DNA of 64,000 bases from Haliotis cracherodii (GCF_022045235.1 NW_027266308.1:45818001-45882000), one strand, 5' to 3'; numbered from the stretch's first letter, positions 1-14,340 are shown. Notes: generated by a model from the sequence alone, not told the origin. Made by a program: numbers and translations.

Positions 1-1146
1 ACACGTGTCAGATTTATGTTATTAATATCTATATATGAATAAAATGTTTGAAATTGATCAAAATCTCCTTTCCATTCAGAAGCGAGATGTTCTGGCCTGT
101 TACAGCACATTTCCTTTAAATGTGCATATTGATATACATCAATTTATTTTAACTGTGGTACATTATGCTTATCGTCAGTTATATATTAATATCGATAGAT
201 AGATTTTCAAATTACATCGGAATGAAACATCGGGGGGATATATATTCATTACATTTGGATAAAGTTATCAGCTTCTGTAAGAGTACTAGATGGTATTTAT
301 TCATTGAAAGCATCTTTTCTTTCACTGTAATATAAAAGGAAGATATTTACCGACATCCATATATACTACATGATCAATTCTTCATGAACATTTATTATAG
401 TCACATTGAGCCATCGAGTAAATGAAGCCCTGGTCTTCTATTTCATCCTTTTTACCAAATGGTGCTATCGCACAGATTTGTTATAGTGTGGTATTTGTGG
501 CGTTTCCTGTGGAGTTTGGACATTAGCATAAACATGTGGGTACAGGATGATTTTGTAGTTCAGTTTTTCCGAGGTGTTTTCATTCCGTAAGTTACCTTCT
601 CTCTTAAGTCTTGCGTAAATAAGTGCTGACTTCATAGAAAGATTGAGTTACGTCCTTGTCCAATGGCTGGATAGGTGACTTTTACAATTTGTTAGGTACA
701 GTAAAGCATACTCTTTTTTTTCTACGAAAGATTCAAAGAGCAGCATACGACTCTTGCTCCAACGCTGTTTAATCCACGTTACAACATTCATGGCCTCAGT
801 AAACCTTTCATAAAGTATGTGTTTGTTGCCTGCACATAGCGTTTCTCCTCCCAATATTTGTCTGAAAGAAAAACCGAATTACGTCTGATGTGTACAAGTG
901 CAGAGATTCTGCTAGTTATCAGTGAAGGAAAAACGTTCGTTTTTCAACACAATGGGAACGGTTTTAATGTATCGGTCCAAACATATCTTTTGTCGCTGAC
1001 GCAGCATAATTGAGCTGACGCAGCATAATTGATAAATGCTACTGAGCTTATGATGACACTCGGAGACTTCAATCCACCAGCAGAAACATCGACCAAGTGA
1101 TGACACCAAGTGTTCGCGAAAAGGGGAAGCATTCCCTACTCTATCA

Positions 1147-1182
1147 GTAGCCTGTAGCCTGTAGCCTGTAGCCTGTAGCCTG
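1147..1182. repeat. (TAGCCTG)5 heptamer run; about 2 units at the paralogous site (~15607)
   Basis: Read directly from both copies. Confidence 0.85.
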
Positions 1183-4100
1183 AACCGGTAGCCAATTTGT
1201 CTGTAAACAATCGAGTCTTGACCAGATAATCTAGTGATATTATTTTGTAAATCAGTGATGACACAATTGGATCTTAACTCAACAAGCAACAGAGTCTCTT
1301 CACTTGTAAGCAGCAGACGTAATTCAAAATAACAATATCGTTGAAAGTTGAAACGAGATATCGTTTCACTGGATTGTCTGGTTAAGAGTCGATAGTGTCA
1401 CCACTGTATACTTTTTCATCACTATTTTGCCTTTCTTCGCCCAATGTTTTGGCAGATAATCGAGATTGGTTATTCTCTTGCGTTGACTGAATATTACTTG
1501 AACTGGGACGATGTTATCTTGATGGACTGAAGATTCCGAGTTTCAACATCAGCTCAATAGCTCTTATCAATTATGGTGAGAAATGTTTGGGCTGATACAT
1601 TGAAGCTGCTTAAGACTTTCTCTTTATTTGGAAGCACCAGAATTTCTTTCACTTATACTACCCTGGGTGAAGTCAATTGCTGGTGTCCCCCGTGATATTT
1701 CTGGAATATTGCTAAAAGCAGCGTAAAACAATACTTACTCACGCACATGGTCATGTTAGATGAGCATCTGTTTTGGAGTAACAGTTATTATTTTCAGGAT
1801 TAGCTTTTGAATCCACGACTGGGATCGTTATCATCCTCAGTGCCTATTCTCTATATTTCTTCATATCCCTTACGATGGCCATTCTTTAAATGTTATCCAT
1901 AATCTCGATCGAGAGAATCGAGAGAAGAACATGAGGGTCATTACGAAGGTAACCAAACATTAAGGGGTGATGTGGCAAAGCAAGACAATCATGCCATGAG
2001 TTTTTGCTGCCCCTGTGGTTCAAAAATGAGCATTCACATCAACAAAAGAACTCCTTAATTTATAATTACAATGTCTATATCAACACATTGGCATAACTAC
2101 TTGGCGTATGTTTGTGACGGGTGCACCAATGGGGCAGGATACGCTCACCTTTGGCGAACACCTTTTATCCTCACTATTTGACAGTGATTCATGAACACAT
2201 GCTTTTGATATAGTCGGAAACGCAGAGATTTCTTATGATTATGGAATGCCCCCGTCATATGGCTGTGATATTGCTGAGTGCGGCGCTAAGCAAAAAACAA
2301 AACCAAAAAAACGAGATTATGGAATGAACTTTGTGGCTTTAATTTTATAGATATCCATACCATACCATACATACGAATATGTTTGACTCATATAGAAAGC
2401 TTGTACCTTGATGTTATTAGAAAGTGCATGTTCCGATAACAAATTGGACTACTATTTGTGATATCTGCACGTGAAATTACTATTAATTGAAGAAATAATG
2501 ATGATTTTAATCCACAAATAATCTGCAGGTCCCCACACCACTTTCTTTGCGAGCATTATATGTCACCAACATCGCTACACATAAACGAGTATTGACTCAA
2601 TACAGCTCGATGCAATATGACGTCGGATGTAAGTGATCGAATATGGACAAGAACATGTTCGATGGTACCTCAAAAGTTGTGAAATGTAGGCACCAAGGTA
2701 TTGCGCTGCAGGAATTTTGTTCGACATATAGGAAAAGTTGATTGTTGAAGTCATCTCTTTGTCTTGTCTTGTGGAGAGTGTTTTGTCATTCAGAATCTGT
2801 ATGCATAGATCTAAATATGAGAAAGACGAGACGTTCTCATTTATCTCCTTTATTTCAGTGGAAGGAATATGCTTATTGATGATTATTGAACGATTTCAGA
2901 TCATTGATGTAGATGACATTAAATCATAAAGACATTAAAACTGCACTCGTGTGACCTGCATGATTGTGTGACGTGTCGTCGATTGTGTGTACCGTTGCCA
3001 ATACGACCAACCAACCGTTGTCTGGTTCAGTTTTGATTGCCCATGGGCATTCTTTGTTACATTGTTTTTGTGCAAAAGCATTCGCCCATCCACCCCTGAA
3101 ACATTGTCACTTCTCACATTAACTTCTCTCTAAACCATCTCGCAGAGACTCCTTTACTCCTTATTCTAATTTTTGTGTGAATCATCATTTCTGATGGTTT
3201 ATCTTTTTCCATGAATGAGATTCGGGACACAGACACACGCCTGCGCACGCACGTACTCACGCACGCAATCACGCACGCACGCACCCACGCACCCACACGG
3301 GTAGGGAAGGTGGGTGACTTGAGTTTGGTGTGTCACTGTACCCATATGGAGTGGAATGTTGCTCACAACATCAGGGCGGTTTCAAAGTAAAAGTAATGAA
3401 ACACGGTTGCCGAAGCACACGATTTTAAAGGTATACGGCTGCCATAGGGCTAGCGATTTATGTCCTTGTCACAATTACATTCGGCCAATGATCCACTTTT
3501 CCTTTATCAGGATATATGAGGACACCGTCTGCATGTTTTCAGAGAAGATTCTCATTATTCTCCGATTATACGTGTTTTGCCTATTCAAAGGTTTGGGAAC
3601 CTTGACTGAAACGCCATAGATTGTCACATAATGTTACACAAAGACACATTCTGTCACGAACTTTTTATTCTATAAAACATACAATTGAAATGCTATCGGT
3701 CGATATTTCTGCACAGTTGATAATGGCGGGTTTCTAGCAGTGTTCCATCCTATATGCACATTTCGCTGAAAAAGAGAATTGATTTCAAGACCAGAAACCC
3801 CTTCTTGGACATACATTGATGATTCATGTTTGTTTGTGAACAATATTCCAGCTATATAACAGCGATCTGTAAATAATCAAGTGTGGACCAGTCAATCCAG
3901 TGATCGACATCATGAGCATCAATACACGCATTTTGGACAAGATGACATGCATCAACCAAGTCACCGAGCTTGCCCACCCGATCTCGTCAGTCGCCTCTTA
4001 GTACAAACATGGGTTGTTAATTTTAACCCGGATCTTCACGGGTATTGTTGACTCGTACATATACAGGGGTACATATGTTATATCTATCACAAGCATACTA

Positions 4101-5217
4101 TACCATTTACTATACCATTATACCGAATCTGACCACCCAATTCCGTTAGTTGCATTTTACGCCAAGCATAGCCGCCTTTTACGGCAAGAATGGGTTGCTG
4201 AAGACCTATTCTACCGCGGATCTTCACGGGTGTACTGCAGTAGAAAGGGAAAAGAATTTGTATTGTCTTCCTTTTTGTCTGGCGTTATGTTATTGTTGCA
4301 CTTTCTCATGTTCCTCAGCAGATGTCAAAACCTTTAACTGGCCATATATTTGACAACGCGGTAATTTCAAAGCAATCTTGATGCATGTGGTTGATGCTAT
4401 CAAGCCATTCTTGGGTTAGCCTTGTGATTAAAGCGTTTGTTCGTCACGGGTTCCCTACATTGTTACTATGTATGAAGCCCATTTCTGGTGTTCTCCGCCC
4501 TGATATTGCTGGAATAATACTAAGAGGGGCGTCAAACCATACGTACTCACTCATTCAATCAACAGATACCAGGGTAGCAAGATTCTAGGACTTGCATAAT
4601 TGACATGTTTGCCCGTCAATCGAGTTGTACACATTGTGATAAAGGTGTATTTCGTTCTCTGTGTGGTTTGATAAATAAACAGATATTTGGACATTCCCTC
4701 CATTGCCCTAATAATGTAACAATAATCCCCAAAGGGGCATTAAACATCAAATTCACTTCTCACTCATGAACAAAGCAGTCGGTTTCCAACATCAATCCTG
4801 AATACAGGATTACCTTACGTTAACGTTGCTCTTACTTTCTCCAGTCGATTCGGAAGATTTGGATGCTGGTTCTCAAATAAATCACGTTATCATATCAGAC
4901 AGCCACCACATTGAATGAGAACGAGAGAAACATCAAACATTTTACACCTGACAAACTGTTGGTAGATACATAAAAGGATACTTAAAACAGAACGTGTAGA
5001 ATATTTTCCGGAATGAAAAAGGGAGTGGTTTATGACATCATGCCTTTATTATTTTGCTCAGATGCCAGGATAGCAAGATGCGAAGACCTGCAGAGTTTTC
5101 CTTTTTTTGTCCGCCATCGTGTTATTGCTGCAGTATTTTACACATTGGCAATAACACCTTGCAACAGAGTCTAACAATTATGGACAATACAGAGAATGTT
5201 TAATATTTTTTCAACTT

Positions 5218-8200
5218 TCAATTACCTATATCGTTGTTCTCAGTTTCTTCTGTCGATTCTGATAACTCAGAGGACGATTCTGTAAATATAAGGCACGTCA
5301 TCCTGTCAACTAGCCATCCCATAGCAGTGGGGCCAGTCATTTTAAGTAACTGTTACAGTACATGATTCAGTGACGACTGCGACATTTATAGATATCTAAA
5401 GGGTGAACACATACTAGAATAATCTACATTTCTTGAGATGCATTGGTAACACGGACACTATGACACATTTGTCGTGTTTTTGCAGGCTTTCTCTCATTGT
5501 AATATTTCAACGATCATTTCATTTCGGAAGTTAAACCTCCCACTCAGTCATCACTTACATATTGTCAAAAGTGATTTTCTTTTAACATGTAACCAAGATA
5601 AACGATTACCTTTTTCCTTAATCTCAGTTTCCTCTGTCGATTCTGAAGATTGAGAGGACGATTCTGTAAATATAAGGCACGTCATCCTGTCAACTAGCCA
5701 TCCCATACCAGTTGGGCCAGTCATTTTAAGTAACTGTTACAGTACATGATTCAGTGACGACTGCGACATTTGAGACATCTAAGAGGATGAACACATACTA
5801 GAATAATCTACATTTCTTGAGATGCATTGGTAACACGGACACTATGACACATTTGTCGTGTTTTTTGCAGGCTTTCTTTCATTGTAATATTTCAACGATC
5901 ATTTCATTTCGGAAGTTAAACCTCCCACTCAGCCATCACTTACGTATTGTCAAAAGTGATTTTCTTTTAACATGTAACCTAGATAAACGATTACCTTTTT
6001 CCTTAATCTCAGTTTCCTCTGTCGATTCTGAAGATTCAGAGGACGATTCTGTAAATATAAGGCACGTCATCCTGTCAACTAGCCATCACATAGCAGTTGG
6101 GCCAGTCATTTTAAGTAACTGTTACAGTACATGATTCAGTGACGACAGCGACATTTGAGACATCTAAGTGGATGAACACATACTAGAATAATCTACATTT
6201 CTTGAAATGCATTTGTAACACGGACACTATGACACATTTGTCGTGTTTTTGCAGGCTTTCTCTCATTGTAATATTTCAACGATCATTTCATTTCGGAAGT
6301 TAAACCTCCCACTCAGCCATCACTTACGTATTGTCAAAAGTGATTTTCTTTTAACATGTAACCTAGATAAACGATTACCTTTTTCCTTAATCTCAGTTTC
6401 TTCTGTCGATTCTGAAGATTTAGAGGACGATTCTGTAAATATAAGGCACGTCATCCTGTCAACTAGCCATCACATAGCAGTTGGGCCAGTCATTTTAAGT
6501 AACTGTTACAGTACATGATTCAGTGACGACTGCGACATTTGAGACATCTAAGTGGATGAACACATACAAGAAAAATCTACATTTCTTGAGATGCATTGAT
6601 AACACGGACACGATGACACATTTGTCGTGTTTTTGCAGGCTTTCTTTCATTGTAATATTTCAACGATCATTTCATTTCGGAAGTTAAACCTCCCACTCAG
6701 CCATCACTTACGTATTGTCAAAAGTGATTTTCTTTTAACATGTAACCTAGATAAACGATTACCTTTTTCGTTACTTTCAGTTTCTTCTGTCGATTCTGAT
6801 AACTCAGAGGACGATTCTGTAAATATAAGGCACGTCATCCTGTCAACTAGCTATCGTATAGCAGTTGGTTCAGTCATTTTAAGTAACTGTTACAGTACAT
6901 GATTCAGTGACGACTGCGACATTTGAGACATCTAAGAGGATGAACACATACTATAATAATCTACATTTCTTGAGATGCAATTGTAACACGGACACTATGA
7001 CACATTTGTCGTGTTTTTGCAGGCTTTCTTTCATTGTAATATTTCAACGATCATTTCATTTCGGAAGTTAAACCTCCCACTCAGCCATCACTTACGTATT
7101 GTCAAAAGTGATTTTCTTTTAACATGTAACCTAGATAAACGATTACCTTTTTCCTTAATCTCAGTTTCCTCTGTCGATTCTGAAGATTGAGAGGACGATT
7201 CTGTAAATACAAGGCACGTCATCCTGTCAACTAGCCATCACATAGCAGTTGGTTCAGTCATTTTAAGTAACTGTTACAGTACATGATTCAGTGACGACTG
7301 CGACATTTATAGATATCTAAAGGATGAACACATACTAGAATAATCTACATTTCTTGAGATGCATTGGTAACACGGACACTATGACACATTTGTCGTGTTT
7401 TTGCAGGCTTTCTTTCATTGTAATATTTCAACGATCATTTCATTTCGGAAGTTAAACCTCCCACTCAGCCATCACTTACGCATTGTCAAAAGTGATTTTC
7501 TTTTAACATGTAACCAAGATAAACGATTACCTTTTTCGTTACTTTCAGTTTCTTCTGTCGATTCTGATAACTCAGAGGACGATTCTGTAAATATAAGGTA
7601 CGTCATCCTGTCAACTACCTATCGTATAGCAGTGGGGCCAGTCATTTTAAATAACTGTTACAGTACATGATTCAGTGACGACTGCGACATTTGAGACATC
7701 TAAGTGGATGAACACATACTAGAATAATCTACATTTCTTGAGATGCATTGGTAACACGGACACTATGACACATTTGTCGTGTTTTTGCAGGCTTTCTCTC
7801 ATTGTAATATTTCAACGATAATTTCATTTCGGAAGTTAAACCTCCCACTCAGCCATCTCTTACCTATTGTCAAAAGTGATTTTCTTTTAACATGTAACCT
7901 AGATAAACGATTACCTTTTTTCTTAATCTCAGTTTCTTCTGTCGATTCTGAAGATTGAGAGGACGATTCTGTAAATATAAGGCACGTCATCCTGTCAACT
8001 AGCCATCCTATAGCAGTTGGGCCAGTCATTTTAAGTAACTGTTACAGTACATGATTCAGTGCTGACAGCGACATTTATAGATATCTAAAGGATGAACACA
8101 TACTAGAATAATCTACATTTCTTGAGATGCATTTGTAACACGGACACTATGACACATTTGTCGTGTTTTTGCAGGCTTTCTCTCATTGTAATATTTCAAC

Positions 8201-11200
8201 GATCATTTCATTTCGGAAGTTAAACTTTCCACTCAGCCATCACTTACGTATTGTCAAAAGTGATTTTCTTTTAACATGTAACCTAGATAAACGATTACCT
8301 TTTTCCTTAATCTCAGTTTCTTCTGTCGATTCTGAAGATTCAGAGGACGATTCTGTAAATATAAGGCACGTCATCCTGTCAACTAGCCATCACATAGCAG
8401 TTGGGCCAGTCATTTTAAGTAACTGTTACAGTAGATGATTCAGTGACGATTGCGACATTTGAGACATCTAAGAGGATGAACACATACTAGAATAATCTAC
8501 ATTTCTTGAGATGCATTGGTAACACGGACACGATGACACATTTGTCGTGTTTTTGCAGGCTTTCTCTCATTGTAATATTTCAACGATCATTTCATTTCGG
8601 AAGTTAAACCTCCCACTCAGCCATCACTTACGTATTGTCCAAAGTGATTTTCTTTTAACATGTAACCTAGAAAAACGATTACCTTTTTCCTTAATCTCAG
8701 TTTCCTCTGTCGATTCTGAAGATTCAGAGGACGATTCTGTAAATATAAGGCACGTCATCCTGTCAACTAGCCATCAGATAGCAGTGGGGCCAGTCATTTT
8801 AAGTAACTATGACAGTACATGATTCAGTGACGACTGCGACATTTATAGATTTCTAAGTGGATGAACACATACAAGAATAATCTACATTTCTTGGCCATTC
8901 TTGGGTTAGCCTTGTGATTAAAGCGTTTGTTCGTCACGGGTTCGGTTCCCTATATGGTTACTGTGTATGAAGCCCATTTCTGGTGTTCTCCGCCCTGATA
9001 ATGCTGGAATATTACTAAAAGCGGCGTCAAACCATACGTTCGCACTTACTCAATCAACATATGCCAGGGTAGCATTCCCTCAATCGCCCTAAAAATGTAA
9101 CAATAATCCCTAAACGGGCATTAAACATCACATTCACTTCTCACAGTCGATTTCTAACATCAATCATGAATACAGGATTATCATCGTCGTTGCTCTTACT
9201 TTCTTCAGTCGATTCGGAAGATTCGAATGATGATTCTCAAATATATCACATCATCATGTCAGATAGCCACAACATTGAATGAGAACGAGGGAAACATCAA
9301 ACATTTTACACCTGACAAACTGTTGGTAGATACATAAAAGGTTTCTTAAAACAGAACGTGTAGAATATTTTCCGGAATGAAAAAGGGAGTGGTTTATAAC
9401 ATCATGCCTTTATTATTTTCTTCAGATGCCAGGATAGCAAGATGCGAAGACCTGGGTTCCCTACATTGTTACTATGTATGAAGCCCATTTCTGGTGTTCT
9501 CCGCCCTGATATTACTGGAATAATACTAAGAGGGGTGTCAAACCATACGTACTCACTCATTCAATCAACAGATACCAGGGTAGCAAGATTCTAGGACTTG
9601 CATAGTTGACATGTTTGCCCGTCAATCGAGTTGTACACATTGTGATAAAGATGTATTTCGTTCTCTGTGTGGTTTGATAAATAAACAGATATTTGGACAT
9701 TCCCTCCATTGCCCTAATAATGTAACAATAATCCCAAAAGGGGCATTAAACATCAAATTCACTTCTCACTCATGAACAAAGCAGTCGGTTTCCAACATCA
9801 ATCCTGAATACAGGATTACCTTACGTTAACGTTGCTCTTACTTTCTTCAGTCGATTCGGAAGATTTGGATGATGGTTCTCAAATAAATCACGTTATCATA
9901 TCAGATAGCCACCACACTGAATGAGAACGAGAGAAACATCAAACATTTTACACCTGACAAACTGTTGGTAGATGAAAAAGGGATTGGTTTATGACATCAT
10001 GCCATTATTGTTTTCTTCAGATGCCAGGATAGCAAGATGCGAAGACCTGTAGAGTTTTCCTTTTTTGTCCGTCATCGTGTTATTGCTGCAGTATTTTACA
10101 CATTGGCAATAACACCTTGCAACAAAGTCTAACAATTATGGACAATACAGAGGATGTTTAATATGTTTTCAACTTTCAATTACCTTAATCGTTGCTCCCT
10201 TTTTTTCTTTTGGCGATTCTGTAAATATAAGGCACGGCATCCTGTCAACTAGCCATCCCATAGCAGTGGGGTCAGTCATTCTAAGTAACTGTTACAGTAC
10301 ATGATTCAGTGACGACTGCGACATTTATAGACATTTAAGCGGGTGAACACATACAAACATAATCTACATTTCTTGAGATGCATTGGTAACACGGACGCTA
10401 TGACACATTTGTCGTGTTTTGTGTGGCATAAGAATGCACAGATAAACAAGGAAACATCATTTACAATGACCAGCTGGTGGTAGATAAATAAAAAGATAAC
10501 AAACAAGTTAGAAAGAGAAAATGATCGCAGGCTACCTAATGCCATAAGCTACCTATTTCGAAATAACCTTGCTTGATTGTAAAGAGTTGATGACATCAGT
10601 ATCGCTTGATATTTCAACCGTTCCACGAATGGAAGAAAAACAATGTGTATATAAACCTAATAAGCTTCTATTTGGCTTTCAAGATTGCGGATTAACCAGG
10701 TTGTAAAACACACGGTGTATTGAATAAACATTGCACCGGTACAGATGATTGACATTCATACAAAATTAAGGTGATCTGCCCTTTTTTCAGATAAAAGAGA
10801 TTAAATTGTTTGTATAGTAATAATTTCATGTTCATTCTTATCAGTGTTGATGTCTTTACAAAATTACTGCCCCGTCGTGGTTAGGAACGCCCACACACAC
10901 CATCAAGTGATGGTCCAAAAGATTGTTCCTTCCATGTAAGATTTGGTTCCATTCATGTCATTATAAAACACGATTTGTTTTACATTGGTCCTCATTTCAC
11001 TAAGATAATTAGATAATTCTTTCACAGATGTACAATTTTTTTTAACACCAAGGATGTCTTTCGAAACATATCAGTTTAGATGATTGCGTCTTTCTTATAT
11101 TACCTGTCAAGTAGCACTAGATGAGCTACAGAACACGCCTCTCAACCTGAACATTAACTACATGATTACCTTCAATATCACGCTTCACTTCTTCTGTTGA

Positions 11201-13980
11201 CTCCGAGGATGATGAGGAAGAGGAACCAGAGGTTGATTCAGAGGAAGATTCTAATGGTGACAGATTTAACAAATATTAGTGAAATGTTGGTTGTTTTGTT
11301 CTATCAATCTATATTTCTCCTATCCTCCTACATCTTGAATGGAAAACTGTTTCCATTATGTCGACAGTGACAACTGTCACAGTTCTGGACATCTAAAAAA
11401 GATGAACTCGTGGAAATATAGTCTTCGTGCTGTGGAGCCTCAACATGCAATTACCTTCATCGTTGCTCTTGCTTTCTTCTGTCCATTCTAATGATTCATA
11501 GCAGTGGGGTCAGGCATTCTAAGTAACTGTTACAGTATATGATTCAGTGACGACTACGACATTTATAGATAACTAATTGGGTTAACACATACAAGAATAA
11601 TCTATATTTCTGGAGATGCAGTGGTAATTTGTAGTATATTTGTATATGGAATACTCATGAAATATACCTTCATCATTGCTGTCACCATCTTCTGTCGATT
11701 CTGAGGAGGATTCCGAAGACGATTCTAAATTGAATAATTTAACACATTTGCTTATCAAATGCTCATGTAATAACAAATAAATCTAGACATACTTTGATCA
11801 TGTGTCCCTAAAATTCTAATGGTTGATGCATGAAAGGATAAAACAGAAAAAATAGAGAACGGAGGGAGAACTGTCCAGCATACTGGTAAAACACTAATTC
11901 TCATATAACTATGTTTCACGTATGAAGGGTCTTTTGACTGCAACTGCGTCAGTAGAAACTTACAAGCTTCAATTCGCGGAAGGCTGGGGACTATGGTTTA
12001 TACCGTCATGTTTTTATCTGTTTCACTGTTATGTGGGATGGCTAGACGCCAGAACATAATTATCAGGCTTTCTCTCATTATGATATTGCAACGATACTTT
12101 CACTGCGGACGTCAAACCACCCACTCAGCCATAACTTACTTATTGTAAAAAGTGATGTAACCTAGATAAACGATTACCTTCATCATTGCTCTCATCTTCT
12201 TCTGTCAATTCTGATGATTCAGGGGATGATTCTACAAGTATTAAGTACGTCAACATGTCAACTAGCCATTGTATGACATTGAAATGCACAGACAAGTGAG
12301 GAACATACAATACCCTGACGAGCTGGTGCTAGGTAAATAAAAGGATAAAAAACAAGTTAGAAAGAGAGAATGAGCGCGGGCTTCATTACGCTTTTAGATA
12401 CATATTTCGAAATAACCTTGTTCGATTATAAAGAGTTGATGACATCAGTATGTCTTGATATTTCAACCGTTCCATGAATGGAAGGCAAAATAGTGTGTAT
12501 TAACCTAATAAGCTGCTATATGACTTTCAAGATTGCGGATTAACCAGGTAGAACACACGATGTCTTGAATAAACATTGCACAGGTATATATCAGTGACAT
12601 TCATACAAAATTAAGGTGTTCTGTGCCCCGTTGTTACTTTTTTCATATAAAATTGATGAAATTGTTTGTATAGTAATAATTTCTTTTTCATTCTTAGCAG
12701 TGTTGATACCTCAACTCAATTAGTGTCCCTTTGTGGTTAGGGACGCCCACACACTCAAATCATCAAGTGATGGTCCAAAAGGTTGGCACCGTTCACGTCA
12801 TTAAAAAGCATGTGTTTTGCGATTGGTCCTGAATTTATTCAGATGATTAGATAATACTTTCACAGATGTAAATTCTTTTTAACACCAAGGATATGTCTTT
12901 CCTAACATTTCAGTTTAGATGATTGCGTCTTTCTTATATAACCTGTCAAATAGCACGAGATGAGCAACAGAACACGCCTCTCAACCTGAACATTAACTAC
13001 ATGATTACCTTCAGTATCACGCTTCACTTCTTCTGTGGACTCCGAGGATGATGAGGAAGAGGAACCAGAGGATGATTCAGAGGCAGACTCTAATTGTAAC
13101 AGATTTAACAACTATTAGTAAAATATCGGTTGTTTTGATCTATGAATCTATATTTCTCCTATCCTCCTATATGGTCTGTGGAAAACTAAGTGTGATCAGG
13201 AAGCAATTCTAAAATAGCTGTTTCCTGTAGATGGATTGTGACAACTGTAAGAATTCTAGATATCTAGAAAAGATTAATTGGAAGAATGGTCTTTATTTCT
13301 TGAGATTCATTGGTAGCTGAATGCTATTACATGCTTGTTTTGTTTTTAAAGGGCACATTAAAGGGCAGATTTTCATACTAAAGGGCAGATTTTCATACTT
13401 TAAGACATACCTAATCACAAATGTTTGACCAAAATTAATTTGAAAAACGGAGGGAACATTAAAAATACGATAAAAACTGACAGGCGAAATAGTGCCCCGA
13501 AGGCATAAATTCGCCTCTGGTGATAAAACAGGTTCCTAATGTTTGACGTGCTGCGCAATTTGAACGATGAGCTGGGGCCAGTTTGTCTGCTTCCGCCTCG
13601 GATTTTTTAATCGAATTAAAGGGCAGGTGGTTATGTTGCCCAAACAGTATGTAAGTCATAAAAATCTAGTTTCAGACATTAGTTGTTATGGTAATTATTC
13701 ACAATGTCAAGTTCAAAGGTCATTTCACACACTCGCCCCTTCTATTATCAGTCCATCAGGAAACAGTTGTATGTTTGTGGATTTGGCCTAATTTTGTTCG
13801 GTTTATGGTAACATAAATGCAAAAGTGCTTTGTTAGTCATTTAAATGCCACTCAATCACTTGCAACGTAATCATTTTCATTACCTTCAAAAGCTTCCCTA
13901 ATGTTTCCTCCTCGAATGCGACTACCTTCAGTCAGAGTGATTGACACCAGGAGAACGGAGAGCAACACCTGTACGATCAT
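5218..13980 (-). CDS. Gene A: predicted secreted Ser/Glu-rich acidic phosphoprotein built from phase-1 micro-exons (~305 aa)
   Basis: ATG at 13980. Signal-peptide exon CDS 13980-13884 (MIVQVLLSVLLVSITLTEG-SRIRGGNIREAFE, donor GTAATG). GT-AG micro-exons: 13089-13009 (ESASESSSGSSSSSSSESTEEVKRDTE), 12231-12178 (ESSPESSELTEEDESNDE), 11724-11668 (ESSSESSSESTEDGDSNDE), 11250-11170 (ESSSESTSGSSSSSSSESTEEVKRDIE). Then ten 54-nt exons: 8736-8683, 8352-8299, 7968-7915, 7584-7531, 7200-7147, 6816-6763, 6432-6379, 6048-5995, 5663-5610, 5279-5226 (ESSSESSESTEETEIKEK-type). All are multiples of 3, phase 1-1 and stop-free. The 3' end is uncertain; read-through of the last donor gives TGA at 5220-5218. Confidence 0.75.
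5221..8892. repeat. 384-bp tandem array (~9.5 units), each unit carrying one 54-nt coding micro-exon of gene A
   Basis: Exon ends fall at 5226, 5610, 5995, 6379, 6763, 7147, 7531, 7915, 8299 and 8683 (spacing 384-385). The acceptor (cctt[a/g]tatttacag) and donor (gtaat) are retained in every unit. Confidence 0.97.
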
Positions 13981-14193
13981 TTTGCACTGAAACATATTGA
14001 CATTTTGTAATAAGCATGCGTTTTTCTTCTTTTGGCGGTGTTAGAAATTCATTTGTTTCATGCAGTGAAACGAGACCAACTACATAGTTGTTTGTTAACA
14101 CAAGCATACCAACACTTTAGTATTCCAGTATGGACGATGATGTTAAAAAATCGTAAGCTACTGTGAAAAAAACCCACAATGGTTCGTACTTAC

Positions 14194-14340
14194 CTGCGAA
14201 AGTGAACTGGTGAATTCTTAGAATCTTTCTGATCAACAGGGCATTTATATAGTACTTTAGATAACGTCATTATTATCAAATATTCTTAAAATGCGACATC
14301 TGGAGGATAATTATTCATGTCATCTGAATAAAGTAACCAT
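14194..14340 (-). promoter_or_regulatory. Gene A core promoter and non-coding exon 1
   Basis: TATATAAA on the minus strand at ~14251-14244. TGACGTTA (CRE-like) at ~14269-14262. Exon 1 ends at 14194 with a strong CAG|GTAAGT donor. The exon 2 acceptor (tgtttcag) lies 6 nt before the ATG. Confidence 0.7.

Noticed and set aside
5817-8822. Repeated 91-aa plus-strand ORFs (FLQAF.HCNIST...) as a tandem gene family
   Set aside because: They start at GTG or TTG and are broken by TGA in several units. They are the antisense shadow of the minus-strand micro-exons, whose splice sites are the conserved feature.
5221-8892. CRISPR-like regularly spaced array
   Set aside because: Units are 384 bp and similar along their whole length, with no unique spacers and no cas genes. 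The context is eukaryotic.
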